Shown: piece by piece, positions 12,210-24,714 of the stretch
Position numbering within the stretch: position 1 is the stretch's first letter
Layout of the letters: each line of letters opens with the position of its first letter
Source of the DNA: Octopus vulgaris
Taxonomy: Eukaryota
Length of the DNA: 64,000 nucleotides
Direction of reading: 5' to 3'
NCBI GenBank assembly: GCA_951406725.2
Contig: OX597816.1
Coordinates: 140,616,001 to 140,680,000 of the forward strand
The notes under the pieces: model-generated
Database searches by the model: none
Seen by the model: only the letters and a program-made list of their open reading frames with translations
Told to the model about the DNA's origin: nothing
Made by a program: the position numbers and the translations under genes

Positions 12210-13383
12210 CATTAATACATGTTTTTAAGGCTATTTCTCTATGAATTCTAATGTTGACCATTCAGTTCTGTAAATGTGTGCTCAAGACAAAACCTTTTGA
12301 TAATAACCTGAAATTGGATTTTGGTTTGACTTACTTTATTTCATTGACTCTTGGAGCATTGATATGAAATGATGATGTTTGATTTAAGAAACCTTTACAA
12401 AAACATGTAAAAACTGGTAGTTGCCTACATCAGGGAAAATTATACAGTGAAGTTCATGAGTTTGGCTAAGATTGTATACCATGGCAAGAAAAGGAATCAT
12501 CTTTAGTATTGTGTTCACTTTTCTATGCTGGCATTATCGAAGTAATTCTTTGGTGAACAGATGCTCTTTCTGTTGTTGCCAAGTCTAACTTGTTTCCAAG
12601 TAAGGCACTATCTTCCTTTGTCCATCAAGTAACAAACAGCTCATTGGCCAGACATGTTTTGGTGACATTGATTTATTTTTTTACACAATGTGAAAACAAC
12701 TAGACAGTGGTATGATTTTATGTGTGCACACACATATGCACTGAGATTTCCTACTGAAAAGCTGTTGGCATAGCTGTGTGGTTAAGAAATTTACTTCCTT
12801 ACCACATAGTTTTGAGTTGAGTCCCACTGTGCTGCACCTTTTCTTCTATTATATACAAGTTTCTTCTATTATAGCTCCAGGCCAACCAAAGCCTTGTGAG
12901 TGGTTTAGTAGATGGAAGCAAAAAGGAGCCTATTTTATATGTTTGTCTTATATCTATATATGTGCACACAATAGTTGTAAATGTATGTCAGTCCATCTAA
13001 GTAGTGTTCTTCATCACCAATGTTTCTTGAAAACATGTTTGGCCAAGGAGAAGTATTACTTTACTTGGAAATAGATGAGGAGTGATGACAGCAAAGGCAT
13101 TCATGAATTCCATTAGACCCATGCAAGCATGGAAAAGTGACCATTAAAATAATGAGTGATGAAGAGGGTGGTGGCAATTTCTAACTTAAAAATCTCTTTC
13201 TCTTTAGGTGAAAGATCTGTCCTGAAATGCTGGATTCCTCTTCTCCCCACACTGTGTGAACTTATCCAAACTCATGTACTTTATGACAATCATTCTTGAA
13301 AAAATTATCCATTTACTTCAATCTGCTTACAAAGACACATTCATGCTGACAATCTTGATGTATGCATTTTAAATACATTTCAG

Positions 13384-13486
13384 GATTCTAAAGTGCGGAT
13401 TTCAAACTTGATGCGAATCTGTAATGAGAAAGGTATTGCTTCTCAAAACTACCGGTGTAAAAACTGTCCTTCGCCTCTTGGTTTAT
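13384..13486 (+). CDS. PLEKHM3: PLEKHM1/PLEKHM3-like gene, exon with the first CxxC
   Basis: tttcag|DSKVRISNLMRICNEKGIASQNYRCKNCPSPLGL|gtaagt. Matches the EKGLxxQxxxCxxC motif that precedes the Rubicon-homology domain. Confidence 0.9.
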
Positions 13487-14423
13487 GTAAGTTTCTTCTT
13501 TATCCTCTCAATATATGATTTTAAACTCTAGAAACTTTGACAAAGGAAAATAATTTATTCTATGTACCATACCTCATTATACCTAATTTATAAAATTTTG
13601 TTAATTACCTTCTGTGATGGTTACTACTTTACTACTCTTTTACAGTTTGACAAAAATGTGAGAGGAACTATTATATTGTGGGTTCTAAAACAGCTTCATT
13701 CACACTGTACAATTACACTTCTCTCTTCACTTCTGATATACTAAACAAGATAATCTCATCACCTCCCAGTACTAATATTCAGAACTTGGAGGCGATGAGA
13801 TTTTTCCAGTATTTTGAGTGAACTTGATCTCTTTGCTGATCTTCCATCTACTACTATTGATAATGTCTAACTTCATACAAACAAAATATAGTAGCATAGC
13901 TACAATATTTTCTTTCTTTACTCTAGTATTGTACTGGAATTTAATTCTTTGAAAGCCAGGAACAACAAAAATTATATCTAGAACAAAAATCACAAAAAGA
14001 TAGCTCTAAATTGATCGTGGTAGAATTTGAACTCAGAGTGTATAGATGGACGAAATGCTGCTAAGCATTTTGCCAGGCATGTTAATAATTCTGTTAGCTC
14101 ATGGCTTTTATGCTGGAAAATATTACTGATAAAGATGACAATTTCTTTATTATTCAACTTATACTTTTAGCATACAATAGTAGCATTGCTACAATATTTC
14201 ATATCCAACAAACACTTGGAGCTAGTTACCTCTTCTCCCATGGTTTTCCTCCAAAAACATTCAGGTTGAACATCAGCTGCATCAGTACCACCACCAGTCT
14301 GGGAAGTCCTGCAAAGGCTATGGACACTGTCCCTTCTGCTCTGATTTGTTAAGCTTCTAATGAAAGTGGTCTTCATCAGCTGAGTTAATTGCAATTTATG
14401 TCATTGTATAATTTTTTTGACAG

Positions 14424-14546
14424 TATTTGGTAAACCTCTAGTCTGTGTCTATGATGGTTGTTATTACTGCTCTGACTGCCACCATAATGGAGAGTTCTAC
14501 ATTCCATCAAAGATTATATTCAACTGGGATTTTAGCAAATACAAAG
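14424..14546 (+). CDS. PLEKHM3: PLEKHM1/PLEKHM3-like gene, RH-domain exon
   Basis: gacag|FGKPLVCVYDGCYYCSDCHHNGEFYIPSKIIFNWDFSKYK|gtaagt; phase 1-1; YYCxxCH...IPxxIIxNWD motif. Confidence 0.93.
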
Positions 14547-15149
14547 GTAAGTTTTAAATTATTTTACATCCCTACATGTACTTAATCAGTAGGTAATTAA
14601 TATCATATAACAACTCCTTTCTCTATATCTTTACATGTAAATCTCACTCTAGCTAAAATTATCATATGGCAGGTCTCCTTCACTATAAATATCTGATATC
14701 ATATAGTATTGTTGTACCCCAAATCAGCTTCATTCTATTGGTCCTCTGATGAAAGATATTCCAGTTGTGTCCATCCCATCTTGTTCTCAAACAGGGTGTA
14801 TCTATGACTATGTTATTCAATATGTCATTCATTTCTCTTTTTTTTTTTCTTTTCATTTTTAAGATAAATCTGACACTACTCCCTTGCTGCTCTAAGTTTT
14901 ATATTCCTATGTTGTTTGATAAGTTGGTTGCTACAACAGCATGAAGCTAAGACAGTAACAAAACAGACTGAAACACAATCCTTAGATAAATAAAGTATCT
15001 AGTACATGTGTTGAATACCTTTTTCTCTCCTTTGCATGCATACACCACACTTTGTGCATGGGAACAAATGGAAAGATAAATATTCAATACTTATGCTAAT
15101 TTTGTTCCCATTTATTCAAAACTTGTGCTTCACTCTTCCAAATTTCCTG

Positions 15150-15205
<56 letters not shown>

Positions 15206-15389
15206 ACCTGTTCTGGTGATACATTTTCTTCCTATTCATGCACATACACACACACACACACACACATACACACACACACGCCACAAAATAAAAGAAAAAT
15301 CATCTCTTCCTAACCAACAGGTTTTCAAAAAACAACTCTGTGGTGGGAGAAACAGCCTTCCTATCAATAGAACTTTCAACTGTCTTTAA

Positions 15390-15608
15390 CCCTTTAGTGT
15401 TCAGATTATTCTATCAAACATAATGCCTATTGATTCCCATTGATTTGAATTAATCATGCATTATCTCATATCTTCAAGAGCTTGACGGTGTAATTACTTA
15501 ATGTAGAATAACATTGTGGGGTAGGTGTGAGGGCCTGGATCTGGTCAGTTTGAACATAAAACAGATTAACTATTTTGGCCGGATATGGCCGGTTTAAATA
15601 CTAAAGGG
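15390..15608. mobile_element. piggyBac-like MITE
   Basis: TTAA|ccctttag...ctaaaggg|TTAA. A homolog lies at 22668-22882. Confidence 0.85.
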
Positions 15609-16062
15609 TTAAATCTATTTTCATGTATTTGACATTTAACCCATTATATACACCTGCATAGGTGAACATATTCTGACTAGAAAAGAAATCTGCTATTCAA
15701 TTTAATAGAATTTTTGACACTCAGCCTCTTGAACCACATTCCAAATCTCTGCATAAACAACATATATAAGAAGAGAATTTAAAAGAAAATATCAAACATC
15801 TTTTCAACAACACAGAATATGAGAACAAACTGCCTTCTGCTTTTTGATTTTTATTTATTAATTTTTGACTTTGAATTTTAAATATTTGATGATGGACTAA
15901 CACATCAAAACTGCTAATATTTTATAAAACTTACTTAATGTAACAAATATAAAAATAATTATCATGCCTGATGAAAGAAAACAATAAAAAGGATCTTTAA
16001 GCATACTTCCATGTTCGTTATTTACATTTGATGGATATTTGTCCTCATCTTATTTGTTGTTA

Positions 16063-16106
16063 ACACAACGTTTCAGTTGATATGCCCTCCAGCTTTCATC
16101 AGGTGT
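16063..16106 (-). ncRNA. Hammerhead ribozyme motif (left arm)
   Basis: acac-CTGATGA-a-agctg...caact-GAAA-CGTT-gtgt; stem I ACAC/GTGT; palindromic AACGTT stem III. Confidence 0.65.
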
Positions 16107-16156
16107 CTTGGGGAAATTTTGAACCTGGGTTGTCATTCCTAAGGTATTTTTCGATG

Positions 16157-16192
<36 letters not shown>

Positions 16193-16353
16193 TCACTGCC
16201 TGGAACTCGGAATCTTGGGGTTAGTAGCCTGCGCTCTTAACCCCAAGATTCCAAGTTCGATTCCAGGTAGTGACCTGAATAATAATAATAATAATAATAA
16301 CAACATCGAAAAATACCTTAGGAATGAGAACCCAGGTTCGAAGTTTCCCCAAG

Positions 16354-16397
16354 ACACCTGATGAAGGCTGGAGGGTATATCGGCTGAAACATTGTGC
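16354..16397 (+). ncRNA. Hammerhead ribozyme motif (right arm, sense to the host gene)
   Basis: acac-CTGATGA-a-GGCTG-gagggtatat-CGGCT-GAAA-CATT-gtg. Stem III has a G>A change relative to the left arm. Confidence 0.65.
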
Positions 16398-16441
16398 TAA
16401 CAACAAACAAGATGAGGACAAATATCTGTCGAATGTAAATA

Positions 16442-17378
16442 CCGTAAATCCTTGAGTATAATCTGCATTTTTTCCCCCAAATTTAAAGGTCAAAATCCCT
16501 AGTGCGTACTATATACGAGGTTAAAAATGAAAAATATTTTATAAGCAATGCCCGAGTCTCTATTTGCTATCCGGCAATGTTTATTCAGATGCATTTTGTG
16601 ATGTCAGGCGCGAAAATACCTTAAGCTAAGCCTGAAAGCAATGAAGTCATAAAAGAATCATCCATAACTTGCAGTAATCAACATTTATTAAAATAAAAGT
16701 ATTCAGAACACAGAATAACATGTAACAAAAACAATTTGCAAACATATTTACATTCCCATATAACAGTTAAGAACATCACCATTATTGTATTACGCATGCG
16801 TGGAAGTGCTTGCTGCTTGCTTAATTACGCACGAATTGTGCATAATAGTTTAGCACTAAATAGCTCATCCTGCTGTTTGTATTGGTACTCAGGATGACGT
16901 TGTATGGAAAGATGAAATAAATGAAAGTGAATCTTCTGATGTTGATTTATGAATCTGGCGATGACGGAGATTTACACTACAATGATGCTGACGTGTTTAT
17001 GGAGGAACAAATGGAACAGTTATTTGATGCTGAAAGTGACCTTGAATTCGAAGGATTTGAATAAATGTTTTTGCTTTTGCAACTGATGGTGATAAATATG
17101 TAAAGGCAATTTACTTAATATTTATTTTTCACTGACGTTATTACTGTTATTTCTTTATTTTCGGCAAACAAAATCCACAAAAAGCTATACGTTTGCTTTA
17201 TGTTATATATAAAGTAATGATAAAAGATGTTACCGTATACATTTTTACAAACCAAGGACATTATATAGACCTCCTTGACTCAAGTTAGAGAAGGGGTGCA
17301 TATTATACACAAGGTTTAGATTTTTCAGAGGTACAGTCCCCTAAAAATCCCCTGCGTATTATACTCAAGGATTTATGG
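16442..17378 (+). mobile_element. Internally deleted pogo-family DNA transposon
   Basis: TA|ccgtaaatccttgagtataat...attatactcaaggatttatgg|TA. Retains the acidic transposase tail GTQDDVVWKDE...QLFDAESDLEFEGFE* (about 16885-17064). Confidence 0.85.
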
Positions 17379-17943
17379 TAATGTACATAATTCCTCATCT
17401 CTTCAATATAGAACTGAATACTTCCATGTTGTTTCTGCTTTTACTTTTTGCCTGTATGTGTGTGTGTGTGTGTGTGTGTGCATATTTCTGATGTGGATTT
17501 AAAGGCTTTTCTTCAAAGGAACAGAGATACAGTGTCATCATTGTCGTAGAAAGGTATAAATACGTGATTCTGTCACGTATTTATGTAGTTAGTTGTCTAA
17601 CACCTTATCTTCACAGCTATTTGGCTTTACATCACTGACCTGTATTTCACTCACTCTAGAAGAGACACAAGTGTAGTTATCCCTGATTGGTTTTGATCAT
17701 GTAATTGTGAAGCCTCAAACACCCTACCAAAACATTTATCCCAATAAACAAATGAAAATGTATGTGCAGGTTCAAATCATCTGTAATCTTTACAGTGCCA
17801 TTGAGTTTCTTCTTTAACAGCTATTGAAGTTAGTGGCTTCTCTAATTAATCCTTCATAGCATTTTGCTATGGGGATGATACACAGATTATCCATACATAT
17901 TTGAATTGTTTGAAAGAAATTGTTTTGTTCTCTCTTGTTTCAG

Positions 17944-18056
17944 TGTCTGTAAAGAATCTAGAATTCCTGAAAGAAATCCAAGAATACCCTTTGATTGACA
18001 TTGCAAAGGTTAATCCTGAATTGTATGACTACATTACTGACATGAGAGATGTCAAG
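17944..18056 (+). CDS. PLEKHM3: PLEKHM1/PLEKHM3-like gene, RH-domain exon
   Basis: tttcag|VSVKNLEFLKEIQEYPLIDIAKVNPELYDYITDMRDVK|gtgagg; phase 1-0; PLIDxxxxNPxLY motif. Confidence 0.93.
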
Positions 18057-19355
18057 GTGAGGAAGAGACAAGCATTATGATTTGAGGCAGAAGAGATATT
18101 CTGCCTTTTAGTGTTTTATTTTGAACTTTTGCTACTCGTAATCTAATCTTTCTGTGTTCTTTTATTGGAGTTGGTTATGTGTGTATCTGCTTTGCTGTAG
18201 TGTAATGTATGGTTATACTGTCACCCATGTCCATGTGTAAACATGTTTGTAATGCAAATTTAATGGAATAAAATTTGTGAGTAAACTGAAAACTGCTACA
18301 GAAAGATTTAAGCAAAACTGTTATATGTTACTTAGTGTCAAGATATTTTAAAACAATATTTTAATTAATTCCATTTTTGTTTATATTTAGATTTACTATA
18401 TATACATGAATCAAGTGCTATGGTTACATTTCAACCAGTTAGAAAACTTTTACATGAGACATTATTGTATATAAAATGACAACATTTCTGTCAGGACCAA
18501 TAGATGCATCAGTAGTTTGAAAATTCAATAGAAACATAGTTTCCTTGGTTCAGTTGGAAAATCAGCCGCCATCTCTACCACCACCATCATGACCATATAA
18601 TAAAATATGGTGTAATCATAAGATTCAGCCCAACGGAGCTGAGATTCTATCAATAAGAACCTGCATAGTTTTCTTTCGTTTCTGTATAAAGTATGAGAAA
18701 TTGAAGTTATCCATTGCTAAAATTGGACCCTGTTACATTTATAATTTAATACATCTACTAATTTTGTCCAGTTCACCTCAAAACATATGATATGCTTATC
18801 TTTCCTTCAGTTCCATTAAGAAATGTTGAGAAAGAGCAGCTAAAATGGAGAGTAAATTTTAAAATATCCCTTGGCATTGTAGCAGCTGTATTTTCTAAAT
18901 GGTGACTCATCAAAATTATAACCTTGATTTGGTACCGCTTTCATTTAATATGTATAATATTTGTTTTATAACATTTAGAAGATTCAGTAACTAAGAGGAT
19001 GACATAAGTAGCATAGTCCCTGAGTTCATATTCAACTATAGACGTTTTGTTATGTTTCTGGAGTAGAACTGTTAATTCTTCATTGATCCAACTAACAAAT
19101 CTATAAGCATTTATGATTTGTAAGTAAACTGGTATTCTATCTTGGGAAGAGATTTGACTCTCATCCAAATGACACCCTGGAAACCAGAACTAATCACTAA
19201 CCACTAGGCTACTCACTTTCTCAGTGTAAGATACTTGTGAACTTCTTCACAAGTATCTTATTGTCTGTTATTACTCCATTTACAGGTGATTAATTAACAG
19301 GCATTATTGCCATTAATGTAGCACTAGCAAATCCAAAGACCAAGTCTTCATTCAC

Positions 19356-19452
19356 ACTACAGGACCTCCGTAATGCTATGATGGACCGTGAAGTCTGGCG
19401 CAACATGGTAAATTCCATTGTCTCGACCACGGTCGAACAATGATGATGATGA
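19356..19452 (+). mobile_element. Short 3' end of a LINE with a (TGA)n tail
   Basis: LQDLRNAMMDREVWRNMVNSIVST followed by tgatgatgatga. Confidence 0.6.
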
Positions 19453-19464
19453 CAGTGATAAAAA

Positions 19465-19690
19465 TAATAATCCTTTCTACTATAGGCATAAGGCCTGAAG
19501 ATCTGAAGGAGAGGATTAATTAATATACATCAACCCCAGTACTTGATTAATACTTAAAATATTAGCCACTAAAGGTTGAAAGACAAAGTTGACCTCAGCA
19601 GAATTTGAACTCAGAACATGAAGATGAACTAAATGTCACTAAACATGTTGCCCAGCATGCTAATGATTCTACTAGTTTGTTGCCTTAATG
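19465..19690 (-). mobile_element. tRNA-derived SINE
   Basis: Reverse complement of the SINE unit seen at 7606-8490 (gaatttgaactcagaac). Confidence 0.75.
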
Positions 19691-20200
19691 ATAAAAAATA
19701 ATGATAATACCAATAATTGGGGCTCAAATTTTTTTCTTTCTCACTATGTTTTTAAAGCCAGCCATCACTTAAAAATGAGAACGGTTTGATAACATGTACC
19801 ACGCTTTCACTACTTGTTTTAGGTGTCTATGTAGTTACAAGCAGATATAACCCCACCCCAAACTTTCCCACCCATTGATCCAACAGAACATCCAAGATGT
19901 GACAGTTAGAGGGAGAAAGAGCTGATCCAGCACTCATTTGGTACTCATTTTCAGCTGGGTAAACTGGAGTACTATGAAATGAAGTGCCTTGCTCAAAGTC
20001 AAGGCAGGCATCCCGGCCCAGTAATTAAACCCATGACATTATGTATGTGAGCTGAACACCCCTAGCCACTAAGCCACATGTCTTCTCACTATTATTTGTG
20101 TTTATAAACAAATAACAATTGACCCTATGGTCTACAGTACAATACCTTAACTTGATGTTCACTGTACTTTACTAAACACCTCTTTCTTTTCTGTTTCCAG

Positions 20201-20332
20201 CTTCTTCGTATCCGGTTGTCCCATCTCAGCTCTTATCTCTTTACTTGCAAGAAGACTGAAGCTGAAAAGTTTCGTCAGTCATTTTGGCCAAAAGAGTACT
20301 TGTACGAAGATGTGCACTTATATTCATTAATA
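20201..20332 (+). CDS. PLEKHM3: PLEKHM1/PLEKHM3-like gene, RH-domain exon
   Basis: tttccag|LLRIRLSHLSSYLFTCKKTEAEKFRQSFWPKEYLYEDVHLYSLI|gtaagt; phase 0-0. Confidence 0.93.
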
Positions 20333-20639
20333 GTAAGTGTTTTGTTGCCATGTTTGTCATGATAACATACTTTAACCTGTCTGGTACCAAACCACCTGAG
20401 ACTGCCCCTGGTTTGATGAGACAAACTACATATTTAAATTAAAATTAAAACCTTCCATTAAAATATAAAATTAATTTGTTACGATGACTGCTATTTTACT
20501 AAATTCTTCATTGTTTTCAAAATTAAAGGAAATAAAGGTAATGTATTTCAACAGAAATATGCTAAAAAAAAGATAGTATAATTACATTCATTAAACTTTG
20601 TTACTGATTCTCAATAGTTAGCAGTAAGAGTACCTATGC

Positions 20640-21780
20640 AATGAATTCTTTCACATGTTCAAAAGGCTTCCCAGAAATTTTTAGCTACTTCTGATATTTA
20701 ATTGGCCTAATCAGTTGTGTAAGTGATATTCCAAAAGTAGGGTAACCAGAATGAAGATGGTGTGGAAAAAGTTCAGGATAGATATTATCTCTACTAGTAG
20801 TGAAGAAATTATCTCTCTGAATAGACAGATACTATAGTGCAATTTGGTATGGGCATTAAATGCAAGGATACACAAAGATTAGAAAGAAATGAGACAAGCA
20901 TACTCCACTGGATGTATTGTATTCATGAAGAATGGAACACAAATTAGCTGAGAAAAAAATTAGATAAAAGGAATCATCTGAAGTATGCAAAAGAAAAGAT
21001 TGTGGTGGCATGATCATGTAATGCATATTACAGATGACAGTCAAGTAAAGAAATGGCAAGTAGTCTGAGTAAAAAAGAGCCTGCAGAAGAGGATATTATA
21101 GAAAGAAGTGGTGAAAGCTGGTCCCAGAATGCTAAACCTCACAAAAGAGGTGACAATCGACCACAGCAAGTGGTGAGACACTGTGCTGGAAAAAAATTCA
21201 TTCCAATCCAAACAAGTGTAGAGAGATTCATGAAATGATTATGTAGTCAGAAGTGGTGAGGTTTATTTGCAGACTCCCTCATGATAATTAAATCAATGCA
21301 GCTGATGTTTAGCTTTAACTTTTGCAGGCTAATACCTATGTGAAACCACATGGTTAGGGAGAGAGTTCCAGAGACATCTGGAACAAGCTATCATCTAGTG
21401 TAAGATTTGGCAGGGTGAGACACATGGGAGAGGATGAATGACAGAGAGACAGATACATTGAGATGAGATGGAGGTGTTACAAAACTTGTTAAACTCCATT
21501 GTAGAAGTTATAGATTGTCAGACAGAAGAAACAACATAGCCTTGAACAAATGATTGAAGTGTTTTTGGAAGTGAGTCTTTGTTAAATGACCATTTTGTGA
21601 ATATTGTCTAAGCTGTTTATAAGTGAAGTAGCTCCAGACACTGGAGCATGTAGCAGCACCATCCTTGTATGCAGTCATTATAGAATAAACATTGATCTTA
21701 TTAGGCAAGAAGGTATTAGAAAGGAGCTAACTTATACCAGTTGTTGATGATATTTCAAACTTTTATTTTGAGTGAAAATC
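20640..21780 (-). mobile_element. Old CR1/L2-like LINE remnants
   Basis: Purine-rich decayed LINE-like sequence with no intact ORF. Shares a block with 23870-24560. Confidence 0.45.
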
Positions 21781-22667
21781 AATTTAGGATATAACCAGGA
21801 AATATTGATAACTTTTTTTACATAAATAAAATTCCAAATTATAAAAGAGTTGAAAGATAGCTGATAGACTTAACCTAAGTATATTGCTGGTTTTTATGCA
21901 AGCCACTGGGGAAAACTTTATGTGGTTGCTCAACCCACTAGTAAAAGCTACCAAATCTCTTTTAAATCACATCCTTAGGTCTTCTAGATCAGATCTAAAC
22001 AGCAACAACGATTGGACATTTTATTAACCCCAGAAGAATGAAAAGCAAAGTATATCCAAGTGAAAGAAGAGGGTAATGAAACTAAATATTAAGTGGGATA
22101 TATTTTCATCCTGAGTAAAGAAAACCTTAATAACACCTTATTTTTGTTAAAATGTTAATTAGCAGCTTTGGTGTTATGTTAGGTATTAATATAGTCGAAT
22201 GGATTAATGGTAATTTTAATTGGAATGTATTTCTTTCAGTTGTCAAATTTTGAACACAATGTTTTCAGTTCTGTTTTCAACCTGCACAAAATCTTTACTA
22301 ACACAATGCATCTATCACATCATCTTCATGTTTGAAATTGTAAAACTGAATCAGTGATATTTAAAGTGATTATGAAGTTTTACAAAGAGGAAAAGTAAAG
22401 CTTTAACTGAATGGTGGGGTCATTTCCTTTCTAAAGGAATAGTCAAGAAGTTCACTTCATAATCATGATATTCTGAGATATTTCCCTTTGCTACACAGCA
22501 TCTTAGACAAGTGTCCTTTGCCTTAGCTTTGAGTTGAGTCAAGCCTTGTGAGTGAAACTGCTTTAGGTAGAAACTGTTTTGAAGCCCTGGATGGATGATA
22601 CTTGTAATCCAACTTTCTAGCCTTATCACATTCTCTCACACTGATTCTATCTGAGGATTACATTTAA

Positions 22668-22882
22668 CCCTTTAGCATTCAGATTACTCTGTCAAATGTA
22701 ATGCTCATTTATTCACAGTTTTGAATTAATCATGCATTATCTCATAGTTTTGAGATTTCAACTATGTGATTGTTATTCTTAGACTGACATTGTAAGGTAG
22801 GTGTGAAAGGGTAGATCTTGACAGTTTGACATAAAATATGTACAACATTTTGCCTCATGTCACCAGTTTAGATGCTAAAGGG
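22668..22882. mobile_element. piggyBac-like MITE
   Basis: TTAA|ccctttagcat...atgctaaaggg|TTAA. Confidence 0.85.
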
Positions 22883-23354
22883 TTAAGAGTATAAGTGTCT
22901 ATGGAATTCAGTGAGCAAGTATGCAGTTAATCAAGCAATTGAATACTAATTGTTGAAGTTGATAGAGATACATTTGACTTATTTTCTAAGTTGATAATGG
23001 AGCGAAAGAGAGATTTTACTTCTTTGCAATTTTGAAATGAAAGAATACACGGTCCATTGTATTTAGGATTGTGCCTTTACCTAACAATCTCAATTTAATT
23101 GCATGAAGCATTCTGAACAAGAAATTAATATTTGTTTCTCCATGACTTAAAAATCATACTAAGCATCACATTTTCAGTTTAATAAGTCCATCTTGTCTTA
23201 GGAAAATTGCTGTAAGTCATCGTCATCCTCACCACCACCACCACCACCATCACATTGATGTCATTGTTTTCTCTCTTAATGCTGCCAAATAATTTCAAAG
23301 ATCACAATTTATCCATAGCTTTGATAATTATTTTCTGTGAAACTTTATTTTTAG

Positions 23355-23525
23355 GATTTCTTACAAATTCAGTGTGGCCAGCTACAAATGTCACTGAAGA
23401 AACTATTGAAAACAGCTAGCAAACATGTATATGAGTGTGGCCTTTGCAGCCAAAAAGGATTCATCTGTGAAATTTGCAAGAATGCTCAAGTTATTTATCC
23501 TTTTGAAATGGACACAACATACCGA
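23355..23525 (+). CDS. PLEKHM3: PLEKHM1/PLEKHM3-like gene, RH-domain exon
   Basis: ttttag|DFLQIQCGQLQMSLKKLLKTASKHVYECGLCSQKGFICEICKNAQVIYPFEMDTTYR|gtaagt. HVYxCxLCSQKGFICEIC matches PLEKHM3 as I recall it. Confidence 0.95.
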
Positions 23526-23594
23526 GTAAGTGTGAACCAGTAACCAATTTTAGTGTGAAAAGTAGCTGATACCTTTTGTTTATATTGAGCCATT

Positions 23595-23812
23595 GTTGAT
23601 TTAAATATTATAGTGTTGATTTAAATATTATAGTATTGATTTAAATATTATAGTATTGATTTAAATATTATAGTGTTGATTTAAATATTATAGTATTGAT
23701 TTAAATATTATAGTGTTGATTTAAATATTATAGTGTTGATTTAAATATTATAGTATTGATTTAAATATTATAGTGTTGATTTAAATATTATAGTGTTGAT
23801 TTAAATATTATA
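23595..23812. repeat. 20-bp minisatellite, about 11 copies
   Basis: Unit (g/a)ttgatttaaatattatagt; variant order G,G,A,A,G,A,G,G,A,G,G. Confidence 0.97.
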
Positions 23813-23869
23813 AACCTATCTATAATCAATTATTTACTCAATAATTTTCTATAGTTTAGTCAGGACGAA

Positions 23870-24560
23870 ACTATTACCTAGTATTAGATTTGGAAGGGTG
23901 AGACACATGGGGGAGGATGAATGACAGAGAGACAGATACATTGAGATGAGATGGAGGTGTTACAAAACTTGTTAAACTCCATTGTAGAAGTTGTATGATT
24001 GTCAGACAGAAGAAACAACATATCCTTGAACAAATGATTGAAGTGTTTTGAGAAGTAATCAAAGACTGATTAGATTTATGTAGTCAAGTCTACCAGGAAA
24101 ACATCAGTGAGAAGTGAATTCTTGAGGGCTTGAGTAAAAGAAATAGGTATAGTGGTTAATACAGAATCAAGACAAGCTGAAAGAAAAGTATATTAAGAAA
24201 AGAATGTGTTGGATGAGTCTGGGTACAGGTGTGCAACTAAATAGTTTATAGAAGCAATAGAATAAGCAGAAAGGAGTCAGTGTGTCTGAACCAGACGTTA
24301 TAGTGTATTGGTGAGTAAGTCTTTGCCAATAATTCAGATGGTTTTCTGTAGGATGTGGTCAAGAATGTGTGTGTGAAGCAGTAGCACCTTCCCAGATGTG
24401 AGAATAGTAGGATTTACTTGAGCTTTGTCGAGGGTAGTTGATCAAAGCTAAAGTATTTTCTGACCCATTAGGAGAAAGGATTTTCCTAAGGATACAGTTT
24501 TTGCTATGTTATGTTTGTGGGATTGTGAGTAGAGATTATAAATGATTGTGAAGTCAAGAA
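23870..24560 (-). mobile_element. Old CR1-like LINE 3' remnant
   Basis: The minus strand has a decayed YYSHIWEGA-like motif. Shares a 185-bp block with 21388-21572. Confidence 0.45.
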
Positions 24561-24714
24561 TTTAGAGCAGATTTGAGGATTTTAATTTTTATGTATTATT
24601 CTAGACTAGAGAGAGTTGAAGTACATTATTGCTGTAGTTGAGTCTTTGCATTATTGAAAGAGACTCATTGTTATGTTCCCATTGGATAATAATGTTACAA
24701 TTTTTTTATTTCAG

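Larger units (their letters stand above)
16016..17417. mobile_element. Fold-back Penelope-type non-autonomous element with two hammerheads, a tRNA-like centre and a 13-bp TSD, interrupted by a pogo element
   Basis: Arms 16016-16223 and 16238-16441 are inverted copies, and the right arm resumes at 17381. atacttccatgtt is duplicated at 16003-16015 and 17418-17430. Confidence 0.85.

Noticed and set aside
13209-13276. Extra exon of the PLEKHM-like gene
   Set aside because: The acceptor is good, but the required phase-0 frame stops after five codons (VKDLS*) and the donor is weak.
16200-16280. Functional tRNA gene
   Set aside because: There is no complete acceptor stem or 5' half; it is a tRNA-like part of a repeat.
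23595-23812. CRISPR-like array
   Set aside because: The units are contiguous with no unique spacers, there are no cas genes, and the site is a eukaryotic intron.
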